Shown in pieces: positions 1 through 10,600 of a stretch of DNA of 64,000 bases. A program made the translations under genes and the position numbers. A model generated the notes under the pieces. The model did not search any database. It was not told where the DNA came from and worked only from the letters and a program-made list of their open reading frames with translations. Within the stretch, counting starts at the first letter, position 1. The number at the start of each line of letters is the position of its first letter. The DNA is from Promethearchaeota archaeon (GTDB lineage Archaea; Asgardarchaeota; Lokiarchaeia; Sigyniarchaeales; SOKP01). The stretch is taken from assembly GCA_019057865.1 (NCBI GenBank), contig JAHLWP010000022.1, positions 1 to 64,000 on the forward strand, in the 5' to 3' direction.

Positions 1-105
1 CGTCTAAAGATATTTTCCCCATTCGATAGTCTCGTTTCACGCCCTGAAGAGTGAATCCGCGTTTCGCTTTTATTATCAGGTAAACATGCTGAAAAAAGCG
101 GTGTT

Positions 106-1005
106 TTGCTTCGGTGGCGCTGGAAAACGTGTATCTCCCCACCCGATTTCCTTCTCCCTTTAGCTTGGTATCGTAAAGGAATCACATCATCAAGATTAGG
201 CAGATATAAAGAAGCAATTCATTGCTTTGAAAGAGTGCTTGATATTGACCCAAAATATGAAAATGCTTATTATCATCTAGCATTGGCTTATGATAAATTA
301 GGACTTATTGAAACGGCAATAGATTACTATGATAAAGCCCTTAATATTAAACCAAAACATGAAGATGCATGGATCGATAAAGGAATCGCACTAGCAAGTT
401 TAGAAAGATATGAAGAAGCAATTCAGTGCTACGAGAAAGCAATTCAAATTGACCCTAGATATGAAGAGGGGTGGTATTATAAAGCAATAGCTTTAGATGA
501 TTTAGGAAATCATGAAGAAGCGATTAAGTGCTATGATAAAGCACTTGAAATTAATCCAAAACGTAAAGAAGTGTGGTTTGATAAGGCAATAGCGCTTGAA
601 GCGTTAGGAAATCATGAAGAAGCAATAAAGCATTATGATAATGCTCTTGATCTTGACCCAAAATATAAAGATGCATGGTATCATAAAGCACAAGCCTTAA
701 AAACATTACGAAAGTATAAAAATGCCCTCAATTGTTATGAAAAACTCCTCGAATTATCGTCCGTTCAGACACAATATATTCCACGATACATAAATCATAA
801 AGAACTTGCTGCTATAAAGGCGTTTTCAGAAAAGCATCAACATGAGGATAAAGTCGGAGGGATGATTCGAGAAGCCCCTTATCATATAATGATAGTTCCG
901 AATAGCGTAGCGTATACAGCGGAAGTGATTTGCGACATTTGCGCAAGTGAACACAAAGATCCTAAAAAATATAGAAAAAATGTGACGGATTACGATAGTT
1001 GGTAA
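106..1005 (+). CDS. TPR-repeat protein, 5' end probably truncated or replaced
   Basis: About six 34-aa repeats (AWYxKG...EEAIxCYxKALxIxP). The first ~19 codons are not TPR-like and lie in GC-richer DNA. Confidence 0.85.
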   Translation: MLRWRWKTCISPPDFLLPLAWYRKGITSSRLGRYKEAIHCFERVLDIDPKYENAYYHLALAYDKLGLIETAIDYYDKALNIKPKHEDAWIDKGIALASLERYEEAIQCYEKAIQIDPRYEEGWYYKAIALDDLGNHEEAIKCYDKALEINPKRKEVWFDKAIALEALGNHEEAIKHYDNALDLDPKYKDAWYHKAQALKTLRKYKNALNCYEKLLELSSVQTQYIPRYINHKELAAIKAFSEKHQHEDKVGGMIREAPYHIMIVPNSVAYTAEVICDICASEHKDPKKYRKNVTDYDSW

Positions 1006-1150
1006 AAATTAATTCGAAATAATAACTAAATTTGATAAATTTTTATACTTTTTCAAAGTATAATGTCATCACTTTTATTACATTCTTTTACTGAAATTCT
1101 ATGATTCAATTTTAAAAAATGTTTTTAAATATAATTTCGTAATAAATAAT

Positions 1151-1564
1151 ATGGATGATGAATCAAGAAAGTCTTTATCTAGTATTCTAGGTGATATTGG
1201 AGAGAAAATTGTTGGATATGAGCTATTAAAAAGGGGTTGGGAGGTGAATCTCAATCTAAGTGCAGGTTACGATCTTTATATTAGAAGAGGTGATGTTGGG
1301 AGAAGAATTGAAGTTAAAACTAGTGATCCATTTGAAAGGTCAGGTAAATATGAAAAACACTTCAGGTTCCTTGTCACTGAAAAAGAAATGGCTGAATGTA
1401 ATTTTGTAATTGTTTACTTTCACGGAGATAATAAATATTTCATTATTCCAAGAAAAGAATTACCTGAAAATGGCATCATTACTTTTTACAGAAGAGATGA
1501 TGGTAGCATTGGAGAAGATACAAAATACAAGGAATATGAAAATAATTGGCAAATACTAAACTGA
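1151..1564 (+). CDS. Small PD-(D/E)XK nuclease (Hjc/group I intron PDDEXK-like)
   Basis: GDIGEKIV...ELLKRGW, GYDL, RIEVKTS motifs. Confidence 0.75.
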   Translation: MDDESRKSLSSILGDIGEKIVGYELLKRGWEVNLNLSAGYDLYIRRGDVGRRIEVKTSDPFERSGKYEKHFRFLVTEKEMAECNFVIVYFHGDNKYFIIPRKELPENGIITFYRRDDGSIGEDTKYKEYENNWQILN

Positions 1565-1567
1565 TTT

Positions 1568-1719
1568 TCGTAAAACGGTTATCAAATTTAATATGAATGC
1601 AAGTGCTCTTTCCTAACCATTAAAATCAATTTTCATGATTTGAATTTCAATATTCTCAACTAAATTTATATTAATATACTTAAAAAGAGTATAAGGAGTA
1701 TGAGTTCGTAAAATAACCG
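1568..1719 (+). repeat. Paired-site element, copy A (TCGTAAAA-CGGTTA ... TCGTAAAA-TAACCG)
   Basis: Sites at 1568-1581 and 1706-1719; the interior aligns by eye with 34762-34914. Confidence 0.85.
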
Positions 1720-1871
1720 AATATTAAGATCTCAGAATAACGTTAAGAACGAGAGTTAAGGACTTAAACATGTGAATATTGTATTAGTCCTGAAATCTTT
1801 GTAATTGGTGGTATAAATGTGAAAGATTTATAAATTCATAAAACTAGATTAAGATATGGAGGGTATAGTAA

Positions 1872-2786
1872 ATGGTTAGAATTCAATTAGATGGAAAAGA
1901 AATCAAGGAAATGGAAATTTTTGAGAGAAATTTGCATGCAATTGTAGAAAATAATTCAGAATTGCTATTAAACTGTTATCTGATAAAATCAAAGTATAGT
2001 TTTAAGGGGCGCTATGATAAGAAAGGGGGAGAATTAGACTCACTCATGATCGATAAAGAAACTCTTCGCCCTGTTATTGTTAAATATAAAATGGGTAAGT
2101 TAGAACGAAATCAATCCGCTATCAATCAAATTGTTTATTATTATGAGTGGATAAATGATCATAAATCTAAAGTAAACGATTTAATATTAGAGGAGATTAA
2201 ACAAAAAAAATTAAAATTTGAAGTTGTAAGTGAAGATGAAGATATATTTAGTATCAATTGGAATGAGGGCATACGATGCATAATAATCGCTAAAGAATTT
2301 AGTGATTGGGATAAAGTTCTACTAGAATATCTTAGTTTCTCTATCGAATTATATACTTATCGCTATTTTGAAGATAAGACATTCGATTTAAACCTTGCTA
2401 GAGATTTACAAGATAGTATAAAACACGAAAAAAGAGTAAAACAAGATGACCCTAAAAAAAAGAAAGAATACAAAAATAATGAAAAACTTGTTGAGGAATT
2501 ATATAATAGATCTAAGTTTCAAGCAGTAAAAGAGTTTATTGATAAATGGAAAGGTAGTTTTGAATTAAGAGGTACCCTTTATTATCTGGCTTTCAAAGAT
2601 CGTTCCGAAAATAACACAATATTAAGGTTATATATTAGAAAGACTATGAAGCTAAAGATCACTTTGATTCCAATTCTTTCATTAGAAGAATTAAAAAAAA
2701 GATTCCAAAATTTAAACATCAGAGAAGATCCTTATGCGCATGACTTGCCTATAACAATCACAGAATTAACTTCTAAATTGGATTGA
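1872..2786 (+). CDS. NucS-like PD-(D/E)XK protein, possibly inactive
   Basis: ERNLHAIVENN...GELDSLMID...PVIVKYK...AINQIVYYYEW matches the NucS-like family; the usual ExK reads KYK. Confidence 0.65.
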   Translation: MVRIQLDGKEIKEMEIFERNLHAIVENNSELLLNCYLIKSKYSFKGRYDKKGGELDSLMIDKETLRPVIVKYKMGKLERNQSAINQIVYYYEWINDHKSKVNDLILEEIKQKKLKFEVVSEDEDIFSINWNEGIRCIIIAKEFSDWDKVLLEYLSFSIELYTYRYFEDKTFDLNLARDLQDSIKHEKRVKQDDPKKKKEYKNNEKLVEELYNRSKFQAVKEFIDKWKGSFELRGTLYYLAFKDRSENNTILRLYIRKTMKLKITLIPILSLEELKKRFQNLNIREDPYAHDLPITITELTSKLD

Positions 2787-2907
2787 ACAAATCAATAAAC
2801 GAGATCATTAAAGAAATATCCTCCAGATTACTCTTACATTATAATTATAGAATTCTCTTGATTTGGTATAGAAAAATTTCAAAATTTTATTGATTTCAAA
2901 GAATTAG

Positions 2908-4386
2908 TTATATCTCCAGTATTCCATCCCATGCTGCTCGCTCTTTGTCGAATAATGCATTAGCAATTTTAAATTCTTTTCCAAATAAAAGCGTAGCTCT
3001 GCTTTTCTTATCATATGCGGGCCAATGTGGAATCCCATCATGATTCGGATTACCACTATGAGCAAATGAAAGCCAAGCGTCCATCATATTTTCACATAAA
3101 TTACCTGTATTGGTTGCATTGCCCACCAAAGCTTTCATTCCAGGTTCTTCAAGAGTATTAAATATAAATGGAAGTTCAAGAGCATGGCAAGCACCAAGAT
3201 TTCCCTTATATACAGAAGTTTCCCATGTAAATAAGTAATTATATGTATTTGGCTGATATTTGGACTGTGTTTCAAGTATTTGTAGTGTTGCCACTCGGAA
3301 CATAAGATCAGTAACAATAGAATCCAATAATTCTTTTGGTTCATTTGAAAAGATTCCTGCTCGTGCTTCTATATAAGTATCAATAATATTTCGAGCTTTC
3401 TCAGAATTTATTCCCATCGTACCTAAATAAAACATTATAGCTTTTTCATCCTTAATTTTGCGTATAGCGGGATCCAATGAAGTAAACAGTTTGGCTTCAT
3501 GTAGGTTAGTTCCCATCATTAAATCAATATTTTTACATTTACCCTCCTTGAATACGGTTAAAGGATGTACTGGGAATGTTTCACTATAGATTAAAGGTCT
3601 AAAGGCTAGCGCTTCTCTTTCAGTGATTTTATTTTGAGCTTTTATAATCTCTTTAGGGGCTACTTTACGTAATGCATTAATATCTCTATATTTAATCCCT
3701 AAAATACGCATCAATTCTCTTGTAGGTTTTTTTGTCACTTTGGGATCGATGGTAGGCATACTTTGTGCTATAATTCGACGAAAGAGACCATTAGCTGCGG
3801 GCATCGCTGTTAGAGTAATAACAGAATAAGCACCTGCGGATTCTCCAAAAATCGTAATATTATCCGGATCACCCCCAAATTTAGCAATATTATCATGGAC
3901 CCATTTTAATGCTAAAATCTGATCTAGTTGTCCTACATTTGCAGTTATACCGGGAATGAAAAGGTATCCAAAAGCACCCAATCGATAATTTATCGTTACT
4001 ATGACAACATCACCACTTTCAGCTAAGTTGGAACCATCATAGGTAGGAGCTCTACTTCCACCAAAAATGAAAGCCCCGCCATGTATCCAAAACATTACTG
4101 ACCTTTTCTTATTATCAATAGCAGGAGTCCAAATATTAAGTGTTAAACAATCTTCACTTTCAGGTTGAAGTTTTCCGATTATTTCTTCCAGCGCTGTATA
4201 TCCTTGAAATGCACAAGGTCCAAATTCTATAGCTTCTAACACACCGTTCCAATGCTTTTTAGCTTGTGGAGGACTAAATCGTAAATCACCAATAGGAGGC
4301 TCTGCATAAGGAATTCCTTTAAAAATTTGCATATTATTTTCAGTATAACCTTTTATTTTTCCACAATTTACTTCTACAATTGTCAT
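2908..4386 (-). CDS. Type B carboxylesterase (para-nitrobenzyl esterase-like)
   Basis: FKGIPYAEPP, SEDCLTLNIW, WIHGGAF, FGESAG nucleophile elbow, GACHALEL. Confidence 0.95.
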   Translation of the reverse strand: MTIVEVNCGKIKGYTENNMQIFKGIPYAEPPIGDLRFSPPQAKKHWNGVLEAIEFGPCAFQGYTALEEIIGKLQPESEDCLTLNIWTPAIDNKKRSVMFWIHGGAFIFGGSRAPTYDGSNLAESGDVVIVTINYRLGAFGYLFIPGITANVGQLDQILALKWVHDNIAKFGGDPDNITIFGESAGAYSVITLTAMPAANGLFRRIIAQSMPTIDPKVTKKPTRELMRILGIKYRDINALRKVAPKEIIKAQNKITEREALAFRPLIYSETFPVHPLTVFKEGKCKNIDLMMGTNLHEAKLFTSLDPAIRKIKDEKAIMFYLGTMGINSEKARNIIDTYIEARAGIFSNEPKELLDSIVTDLMFRVATLQILETQSKYQPNTYNYLFTWETSVYKGNLGACHALELPFIFNTLEEPGMKALVGNATNTGNLCENMMDAWLSFAHSGNPNHDGIPHWPAYDKKSRATLLFGKEFKIANALFDKERAAWDGILEI

Positions 4387-4600
4387 AATTAGATATAAAA
4401 TAGTAATGAATATAAAAAATATGTTGAATCGAGAATAAATAAAATAATACTTCTATATATTCTATTCGTTTAGAGATAATAAAATTGAAAGTGATCTCAT
4501 ACTTATTCCTTTGATTCAAACAATTCAAAAATTTATTATATTTCAATCATTTGCTTGTATTATAACCATCTGAAAAATTATTTGCTAAATTTTAGAGATA

Positions 4601-5779
4601 ATGAACGCCTTTAATGATCAAACTTGTCAGAGGTGTGGTACTTGTCTTGAACAGTGCCCATTTTTGCAATTACCCATAGAAAGTGCTAAAGAAGAGATTT
4701 CTAAAATGATTGAGACGAGAAACTCACAAAAGATAATCAAGAATTGTGCAGGTTGCTCTTACTGCAATATAATATGCCCAACAGAGTCAAGTCCATATGA
4801 ACTTATAAGAAAAATACGATTGCGAAATTATCGTGAGAACGGTGTAAGATGTATATCACTTATAACAAAGGAAATCCCACATAATTTAATGTCAATCGGG
4901 TTAGAGATTGATACCGAGGTAAAAAAACAAGATTTAAGTCGATATGAAAATCCCCCAAAAACCGATAAAATGTTTTATGTGGGATGTGCCATTCCCTATT
5001 GTTTTCCAGATCTCGCCAAGACCAAATTATTAGCGAATTTACCCCTACTAGGTGGAATGAAGTATTGTTGTGGTGGTTATATGCATTCTTGTTTTGGTAG
5101 AGATGAAGCAAGGATAAAAGGATTAGAATTATTTGAAAAATTCAAAGAATTGGGAGTTAAAAAACTCATCACCTTCTGCCCTGGATGTGATGCTATGATT
5201 AAAGGAGTCTATCCTTCGATTATCGATGGTTTTGACGTAAAAGGTCAAACAATCATTGATTATTTGGTTGAAAAGTATCATGAGGGTGAGTTTATCATCA
5301 AAAACAAGATCCCCCTAAGAATTACTTTCCAAGATCCCTGCCCTTGGAGACATTTAGATAGGAAGATATACGATGGTCCACGGGAATTTCTTGAAATTAT
5401 TGGTGCCGAAGTTGTAGAAATGAAACACAATAAAGAAACATCTCTATGCTGCGGAGCGCCTCTTTCTATATCAAATCGATCACTTGCAACAGATATCGCT
5501 AATAAAAGAATTTCTGAAGTAGAACACGTAAATGCGGATGTAATAGCCCATATCTGCACAGGTTGCCTTACCACACTGTCTAAATATGCCACTGAAAAGA
5601 ATATTAAGTCATACTATATTACGGAATTAGCCCAAATGGCAACCGGAGAAAGCCCATCCCTTACTATCCTTAACAATGCAAAAAAACTTCAAAAACAGGT
5701 TATTAAAACAATTAGCAAGAATCCGAATGTTCTAAAGGAACATTACATCATAAAAGATGGAAAAATATCTCGTTTATAA
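4601..5779 (+). CDS. Fe-S oxidoreductase with CCG domains (HdrD/GlpC-like)
   Basis: Two CxxCxxCxxxCP motifs and two CCG domains (YCCGG...FCPGC; DPC...LCCG...ICTGC). Confidence 0.9.
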   Translation: MNAFNDQTCQRCGTCLEQCPFLQLPIESAKEEISKMIETRNSQKIIKNCAGCSYCNIICPTESSPYELIRKIRLRNYRENGVRCISLITKEIPHNLMSIGLEIDTEVKKQDLSRYENPPKTDKMFYVGCAIPYCFPDLAKTKLLANLPLLGGMKYCCGGYMHSCFGRDEARIKGLELFEKFKELGVKKLITFCPGCDAMIKGVYPSIIDGFDVKGQTIIDYLVEKYHEGEFIIKNKIPLRITFQDPCPWRHLDRKIYDGPREFLEIIGAEVVEMKHNKETSLCCGAPLSISNRSLATDIANKRISEVEHVNADVIAHICTGCLTTLSKYATEKNIKSYYITELAQMATGESPSLTILNNAKKLQKQVIKTISKNPNVLKEHYIIKDGKISRL

Positions 5780-5806
5780 TTTGTGATCTGATATAATTAA
5801 GATCAT

Positions 5807-6433
5807 TTAATTTTCATTCGATTTCTCATTCAATATTTCATTTATAGCTTGTTTAAAAATCTTATAAGGTTGCGCTCCAACAATTAGCTTTTCTCCAATA
5901 ATAAAAGTAGGAACACCATTTATTCTATATCTTCTTAATTCTTTTAAGGATTGTTGTACAGCATTGAAAGGTTCATCTGTATTCAAGTAAGATTCTATTT
6001 CGATCTTATTTAACCCAACCGATTCAGCAAGTTTTAATAATAGACTTTTATCTCCAATATCTTTTCCTTCTAACCAATAAGTTTCTAATACTAATTTATG
6101 AAATTCATCAAATTTTCCTTTTTTCCGAGCAAATTCAGAAATGTATAAAGCTAATCGCGAATTTGGTAATTTTTCTGAAAACTTAAGTGTTAAACCATCC
6201 TCATCCGCAAGACGTTTAACATTAGCGAACGCTATCTCTAAATATCCCTTTGGAAAGGGCAAATCTTCTGTTAATGCGCCTCCCTTTGGAGTTTCTGGAT
6301 GAATCTCAAATGGCTTCCATTCAACATCAAGATTATACTCTTTTTTGAGTTGTTCTATGCGATGATATCCGATATAGCAAAATGGACAAATATAATCAGA
6401 ATAAGCTATAACTTTTAACTTTGTTTGACTCAT
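5807..6433 (-). CDS. DsbA/FrnE-family thioredoxin-like oxidoreductase
   Basis: SDYICPFCYIG, GVPTF, GAQP. Confidence 0.92.
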   Translation of the reverse strand: MSQTKLKVIAYSDYICPFCYIGYHRIEQLKKEYNLDVEWKPFEIHPETPKGGALTEDLPFPKGYLEIAFANVKRLADEDGLTLKFSEKLPNSRLALYISEFARKKGKFDEFHKLVLETYWLEGKDIGDKSLLLKLAESVGLNKIEIESYLNTDEPFNAVQQSLKELRRYRINGVPTFIIGEKLIVGAQPYKIFKQAINEILNEKSNEN

Positions 6434-6577
6434 ATGTAGGTTTAAGAAGAAAAAACAATCATAAATACTTTCTTCAATTAAAAAATAAGAATTATAGGTG
6501 ATTGACTTTAATAATAATTAAAAAAAGAATCTTTTTTCAGATAATCTCAACTTGAATTTTCTTCTTAAATTTTAGAA

Positions 6578-7186
6578 TTATTGTTCACTTTTTTGTTGAT
6601 CGGGACTTATACAAGGATGTAAGCGAATATTAATAGAATATGGGTTTGAAGATTCGTTTAACTCTAGGGTACTTGTTAATTCCTTCAATTTCTGCATCAA
6701 ATGATACATCCAATCTGCTAATTTTACATTTAGCGGGGAATCATAAAACGGGATATGTGGCTTTATATCAACCACAGGTGTATTATCTATGGCATCTAAT
6801 CCCTCCACAATTAATGTTGTTCCTTTTCTTTCGATTAGTTTAACAGTGGTTTTACAAATTGGATTTGGTCTTACAGGAGATCGTGTGGCAAATATTCCCT
6901 TAATTGGCATTTGCTTTAATCCTGCTGGATGCACTTTTTTAATTTGGCGCGCATTATTAGGAACTTTATGAGTCCAAAACAATATAATGATGTGAGAAAA
7001 ATCTTCAATCCCATCTAAGCAGTCTAAGTATTCTTCATTTATTATAATCTCAGATTTTTTCAAATCAGTTCCTTGACTTAAGGCTACATCAAAATCTAAT
7101 TTTATGTCCTTATTTGAGTATTTTAGGACTTCCTTATCTGCTTTACTCTTTACGATACCAATTGGTCTTATTATATAATCAGACAT
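6578..7186 (-). CDS. trmO: tRNA m6t6A37 methyltransferase TrmO (TsaA/YaeB family)
   Basis: PIGIVKS, LDGIEDFSHI, GIFATRSPVRPNPI, GLDAIDNTPVVDIKP. Confidence 0.9.
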   Translation of the reverse strand: MSDYIIRPIGIVKSKADKEVLKYSNKDIKLDFDVALSQGTDLKKSEIIINEEYLDCLDGIEDFSHIIILFWTHKVPNNARQIKKVHPAGLKQMPIKGIFATRSPVRPNPICKTTVKLIERKGTTLIVEGLDAIDNTPVVDIKPHIPFYDSPLNVKLADWMYHLMQKLKELTSTLELNESSNPYSINIRLHPCISPDQQKSEQ

Positions 7187-7321
7187 ATTGTTAGTTATTA
7201 AAATTTAATAATTCATACTATTTTGTAATTTAGTATTACTTTTATTATTTATAGATTATTGTTTATGGAATGATTTTTTCACCTACAGTCAAAAAAAAAA
7301 AAAGCTTAAAAGGATTTATAA

Positions 7322-7451
7322 CCTTGTACTAATTTGATTCCGAATTCTTTACATTTTGGAAGCTCCTCATTTACTATAGGACCTTTTGAAGTTCCTATAC
7401 CCTTAACTTTTATAGACAATTATAGACTTGCTTTTGTTAAATCTGGCATCA
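7322..7451 (-). pseudogene. Duplicated 3' fragment of the flavodoxin gene (copy of 8666-8795)
   Basis: 130-bp near-identical direct repeat; a GGA codon has become TAA in the copy. Confidence 0.9.
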
Positions 7452-7610
7452 TATTCTTCTAATATAGAATTTAACTCTTGATCCTCATTCATAAGATTTC
7501 CTAATAAATATCACGATAAAGATCCATAATTAATAGAATATAAAAGGTAGATATTTATATAAGAATAAATTCACTTGAATCAAAAAATACTTGATAATAG
7601 AGAAAAGACC

Positions 7611-8381
7611 ATGGAAAAATCGAATTTTATTCGGCAATTTGAAGATTTTGGCATTAAAATGTATGTTCTGGCAATACTTTCTATAATAAGCATTTTTACC
7701 GGGAGTTTTATCCAATTAATAATGTTTATTATTATGCTTTTATCGCTTAAAAACATCAAAGACGCAAATTTAGAATTACAAAACGAAGAGCTAGAGAAGT
7801 TTCGAAAATATATCATATATGCGGTGATCGTTGGGATTGTTGGAGCTTTAATAATTATCGTTATTGCCGTTATCGTAGCATTTCTTTTTATTTCAGCAAT
7901 CCCGGGATTTACATTTAGCGACCCCATTACAGTATCGGAATTTGAAGATATAGCTCCATTGATTAGGATTCTTTTGTTAGTTTTATTGGGAGGATTTCCC
8001 GTTGGGGCTGTTGCTTTAGGACTTCTTTTGATTGCATGGGAAAATTTCCAGATGTTCTTAAAAAGAAATGCTGGATTATTCCCAAATACTGTTGCCGCAA
8101 AAGCTATAGAAGGTTCTGGAAAAATAAAAAAGTCGTATTTGTATCTTCTTATTTCACTTATAATTGGAGAAGTTTTAGTTCTGATTGCGATTTTTATATT
8201 TCCTCAAATCGAAACATTGATTATTCATTTCATTGAAGAGACTACACCCTCAATGGGATTACTGGGAGGTGTTGTAGCTGCCCTTGCTATACCGGGTATT
8301 GTGATAGTAATTCTTGGAATAGTAAGCTTTATTTTAATGATTATTGGCTACTTCAAGCTCTCAGAATTAAAACACCTTTAA
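7611..8381 (+). CDS. Multi-pass membrane protein of unknown function
   Basis: Several long hydrophobic segments; ATG at 7611 preferred over TTG at 7575. Confidence 0.75.
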   Translation: MEKSNFIRQFEDFGIKMYVLAILSIISIFTGSFIQLIMFIIMLLSLKNIKDANLELQNEELEKFRKYIIYAVIVGIVGALIIIVIAVIVAFLFISAIPGFTFSDPITVSEFEDIAPLIRILLLVLLGGFPVGAVALGLLLIAWENFQMFLKRNAGLFPNTVAAKAIEGSGKIKKSYLYLLISLIIGEVLVLIAIFIFPQIETLIIHFIEETTPSMGLLGGVVAALAIPGIVIVILGIVSFILMIIGYFKLSELKHL

Positions 8382-8437
8382 TTTTAAAATATCTTTTATT
8401 TTTTTCTTTTCATATATACCTTATATAAGTCTAAAAT

Positions 8438-8590
8438 TTGTGAAACGGTTAGAGTTTCTAAATTATAAAATTCTAGATAATCCTATTGGAAAATTAGACT
8501 TTTTTCCTCCTTTACAGGAAATGTGAAACATTTTAAGTCAATCTAATTTGTTCAGAATAAGAAGAACGTCTCATATATGTGAAATAACTA
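8438..8590 (+). repeat. Paired-site element, copy B (TTGTGAAA-CGGTTA ... ATGTGAAA-TAACTA), diverged
   Basis: Sites at 8438-8451 and 8577-8590, 139-bp spacing as in copy C. Confidence 0.65.
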
Positions 8591-8661
8591 AATACTAAAA
8601 ATTCAAATCGTTGGATCTGAGATAGAATTTTGGTCTAACTTTCTTATACTTATAAGTATTT

Positions 8662-9120
8662 CTATCCTTGTACTAATTTGATTCCGAATTCTTTACATTT
8701 TGGGAGCTCCTCATTTACTATAGGACCTTTTGAAGTTCCTGTACCCTCAACTTTTATAGACAATCCTGGACTTGCTTTTGTTAAATCCGGCATCACTTCA
8801 CTAATCTGGGCCTCCATCTTTTTAACAGCTTTCTCAAAATCAGCTAATATGTAAGTGTCAAATACAGCATAAGCATTTACCTTCAATTGAGATTTTGGAA
8901 GTTTATTGATAAATTTCTTTACCGACCCTATATGACGTCCAAAATGATTCGGAGATCCTATTAAAATTAGGTCATAGGAAATTTCTTTTTTAAGATTTAC
9001 ATCTTTTACATTATTAACTATTACTTCATTACCCTCAACAGAAGTGATTCCTTCTGCTATTAATTTGGCTACTTTTTCAGTATTTCCATACTTTGTAGCA
9101 TAAACAATTAGAACCTTCAT
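8662..9120 (-). CDS. Flavodoxin-family protein
   Basis: IVYATKYGNTEKVA FMN-binding loop, LIGSP, AVFDT. Confidence 0.9.
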   Translation of the reverse strand: MKVLIVYATKYGNTEKVAKLIAEGITSVEGNEVIVNNVKDVNLKKEISYDLILIGSPNHFGRHIGSVKKFINKLPKSQLKVNAYAVFDTYILADFEKAVKKMEAQISEVMPDLTKASPGLSIKVEGTGTSKGPIVNEELPKCKEFGIKLVQG

Positions 9121-9451
9121 TTTAAATCACTTTATTTAATAGTTATAGATCTTATGATTTATCATATTTAAATGTCCTTGATAAATGAACTTTTCTATTA
9201 TTCTCAAGATGATTTTTTTCAATATTGGGTTAAAAGTAAATTCATTCTAAAATATTGGAATTTGAGGATAATTATTTTAGACGTTTATTGTAATTTTAGG
9301 AATAAAATCTATTCTTTTTACTTAAATTTGTCTTAAATCTTATTAAAAGTTATGAAAAGGGATTATTTTACATATAAAGATAATATTAGTTTTTATATAG
9401 TATGAATCGAAATTTACAAATATGTCTTATTGTTTTAAAAGTTGGTAAATA

Positions 9452-10591
9452 ATGATTGAACTACAAGAAAAAAATCCTTTTAATGAATTACCTGAAGCAT
9501 TAGTAGTAGATATGTTAAGTCAATGTGATATAATTGGTTCAAAGTTATCAAGTTCCTTTCAAAATCTATACAAGATTAAAAATGATGTTAGGAAAAAATT
9601 AAAGGAAGAAGATTTACTCAAAAAAGATAGTGAAATTATGCTTCCTCCAACATATCCTACTTCCTGTGCTGTTGATGGTTCTTTTTCAATTGAGAAATTA
9701 TTATCAACTGATATTGTAGCATCTGCAAGCGTAGCAGTTGAAGGATTAGCACCACCTACAGAAGAAAGGCATTGGCCAAGACCTAGACATTATTCAAAGA
9801 TTTTTGCCATAACACATAATAATTCAACATATAACTTGGCAAGTGCGATAATGATGTGTATGGAATTAAATCTTGCTGTAAAGGCACCTCATAATGTAGT
9901 TTTTTTTGACGGATCTTTTGTAACACCCTTAGTTTATATAAATCTAGCACTTAATACATTAAATGAAGCCGTTAAGGATCTCAATGATGAATTTAAGAGG
10001 AGATTAAAAATTGCGTTAGCTTCTTTTATAAAAATGCTACTTTCTAAAAAATCAGATCAAATCTTTGTCGCTGTCCCTAAATACACAACTATACAATTAA
10101 TTACTCATAAAATACTGAATTTAAACAATAATTATGAAGATCGAGGACTATTATCTTTTGTTCTAAAGCCAGGAGAAGTTGTAGGCCCTATTAATGCTGA
10201 AAAAGGTGCAAGAAGATGGTATATTGAAAATGCCCCCTTGAATTCGGAAGAATTTATTAAAAAAATTGTTCAATATTTAGATAATCTCTACATTTTTTAT
10301 TATCGTCCTTATGACCACATCCCAGCATTAAGATTAGAGGTATCTCCTGGTGTTGCAGATGATAAAAATAGATTATCTGTACTTCTTGAAGCGGTCAAAC
10401 TACAATGTGGAGTTCCAGGATTAATGGAACCTTTTCCATTGTACTTGGCAGACAGGATGGTGAAGCATTTAAGAACAGCGGTTCCTGCAATTAGAAAAAC
10501 CACCACTCAGGAAATGAGTACAAAATGGGACGGGAACTATTCAGATTTGTTTTTTGCTATGCATGGTTATAGAACAGAATGGGGAAAATAA
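9452..10591 (+). CDS. nurA: NurA-family nuclease
   Basis: AVDGS and FFDGS acidic motifs, EPFPLYLADRMVK C-terminal motif, directly upstream of herA. Confidence 0.85.
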   Translation: MIELQEKNPFNELPEALVVDMLSQCDIIGSKLSSSFQNLYKIKNDVRKKLKEEDLLKKDSEIMLPPTYPTSCAVDGSFSIEKLLSTDIVASASVAVEGLAPPTEERHWPRPRHYSKIFAITHNNSTYNLASAIMMCMELNLAVKAPHNVVFFDGSFVTPLVYINLALNTLNEAVKDLNDEFKRRLKIALASFIKMLLSKKSDQIFVAVPKYTTIQLITHKILNLNNNYEDRGLLSFVLKPGEVVGPINAEKGARRWYIENAPLNSEEFIKKIVQYLDNLYIFYYRPYDHIPALRLEVSPGVADDKNRLSVLLEAVKLQCGVPGLMEPFPLYLADRMVKHLRTAVPAIRKTTTQEMSTKWDGNYSDLFFAMHGYRTEWGK

Positions 10592-10600
10592 GGTGAGTAT

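Noticed and set aside
33-41. CGTTTCACG as a reverse copy of the site
   Set aside because: Only 9 nt match and the GTTA core is absent.
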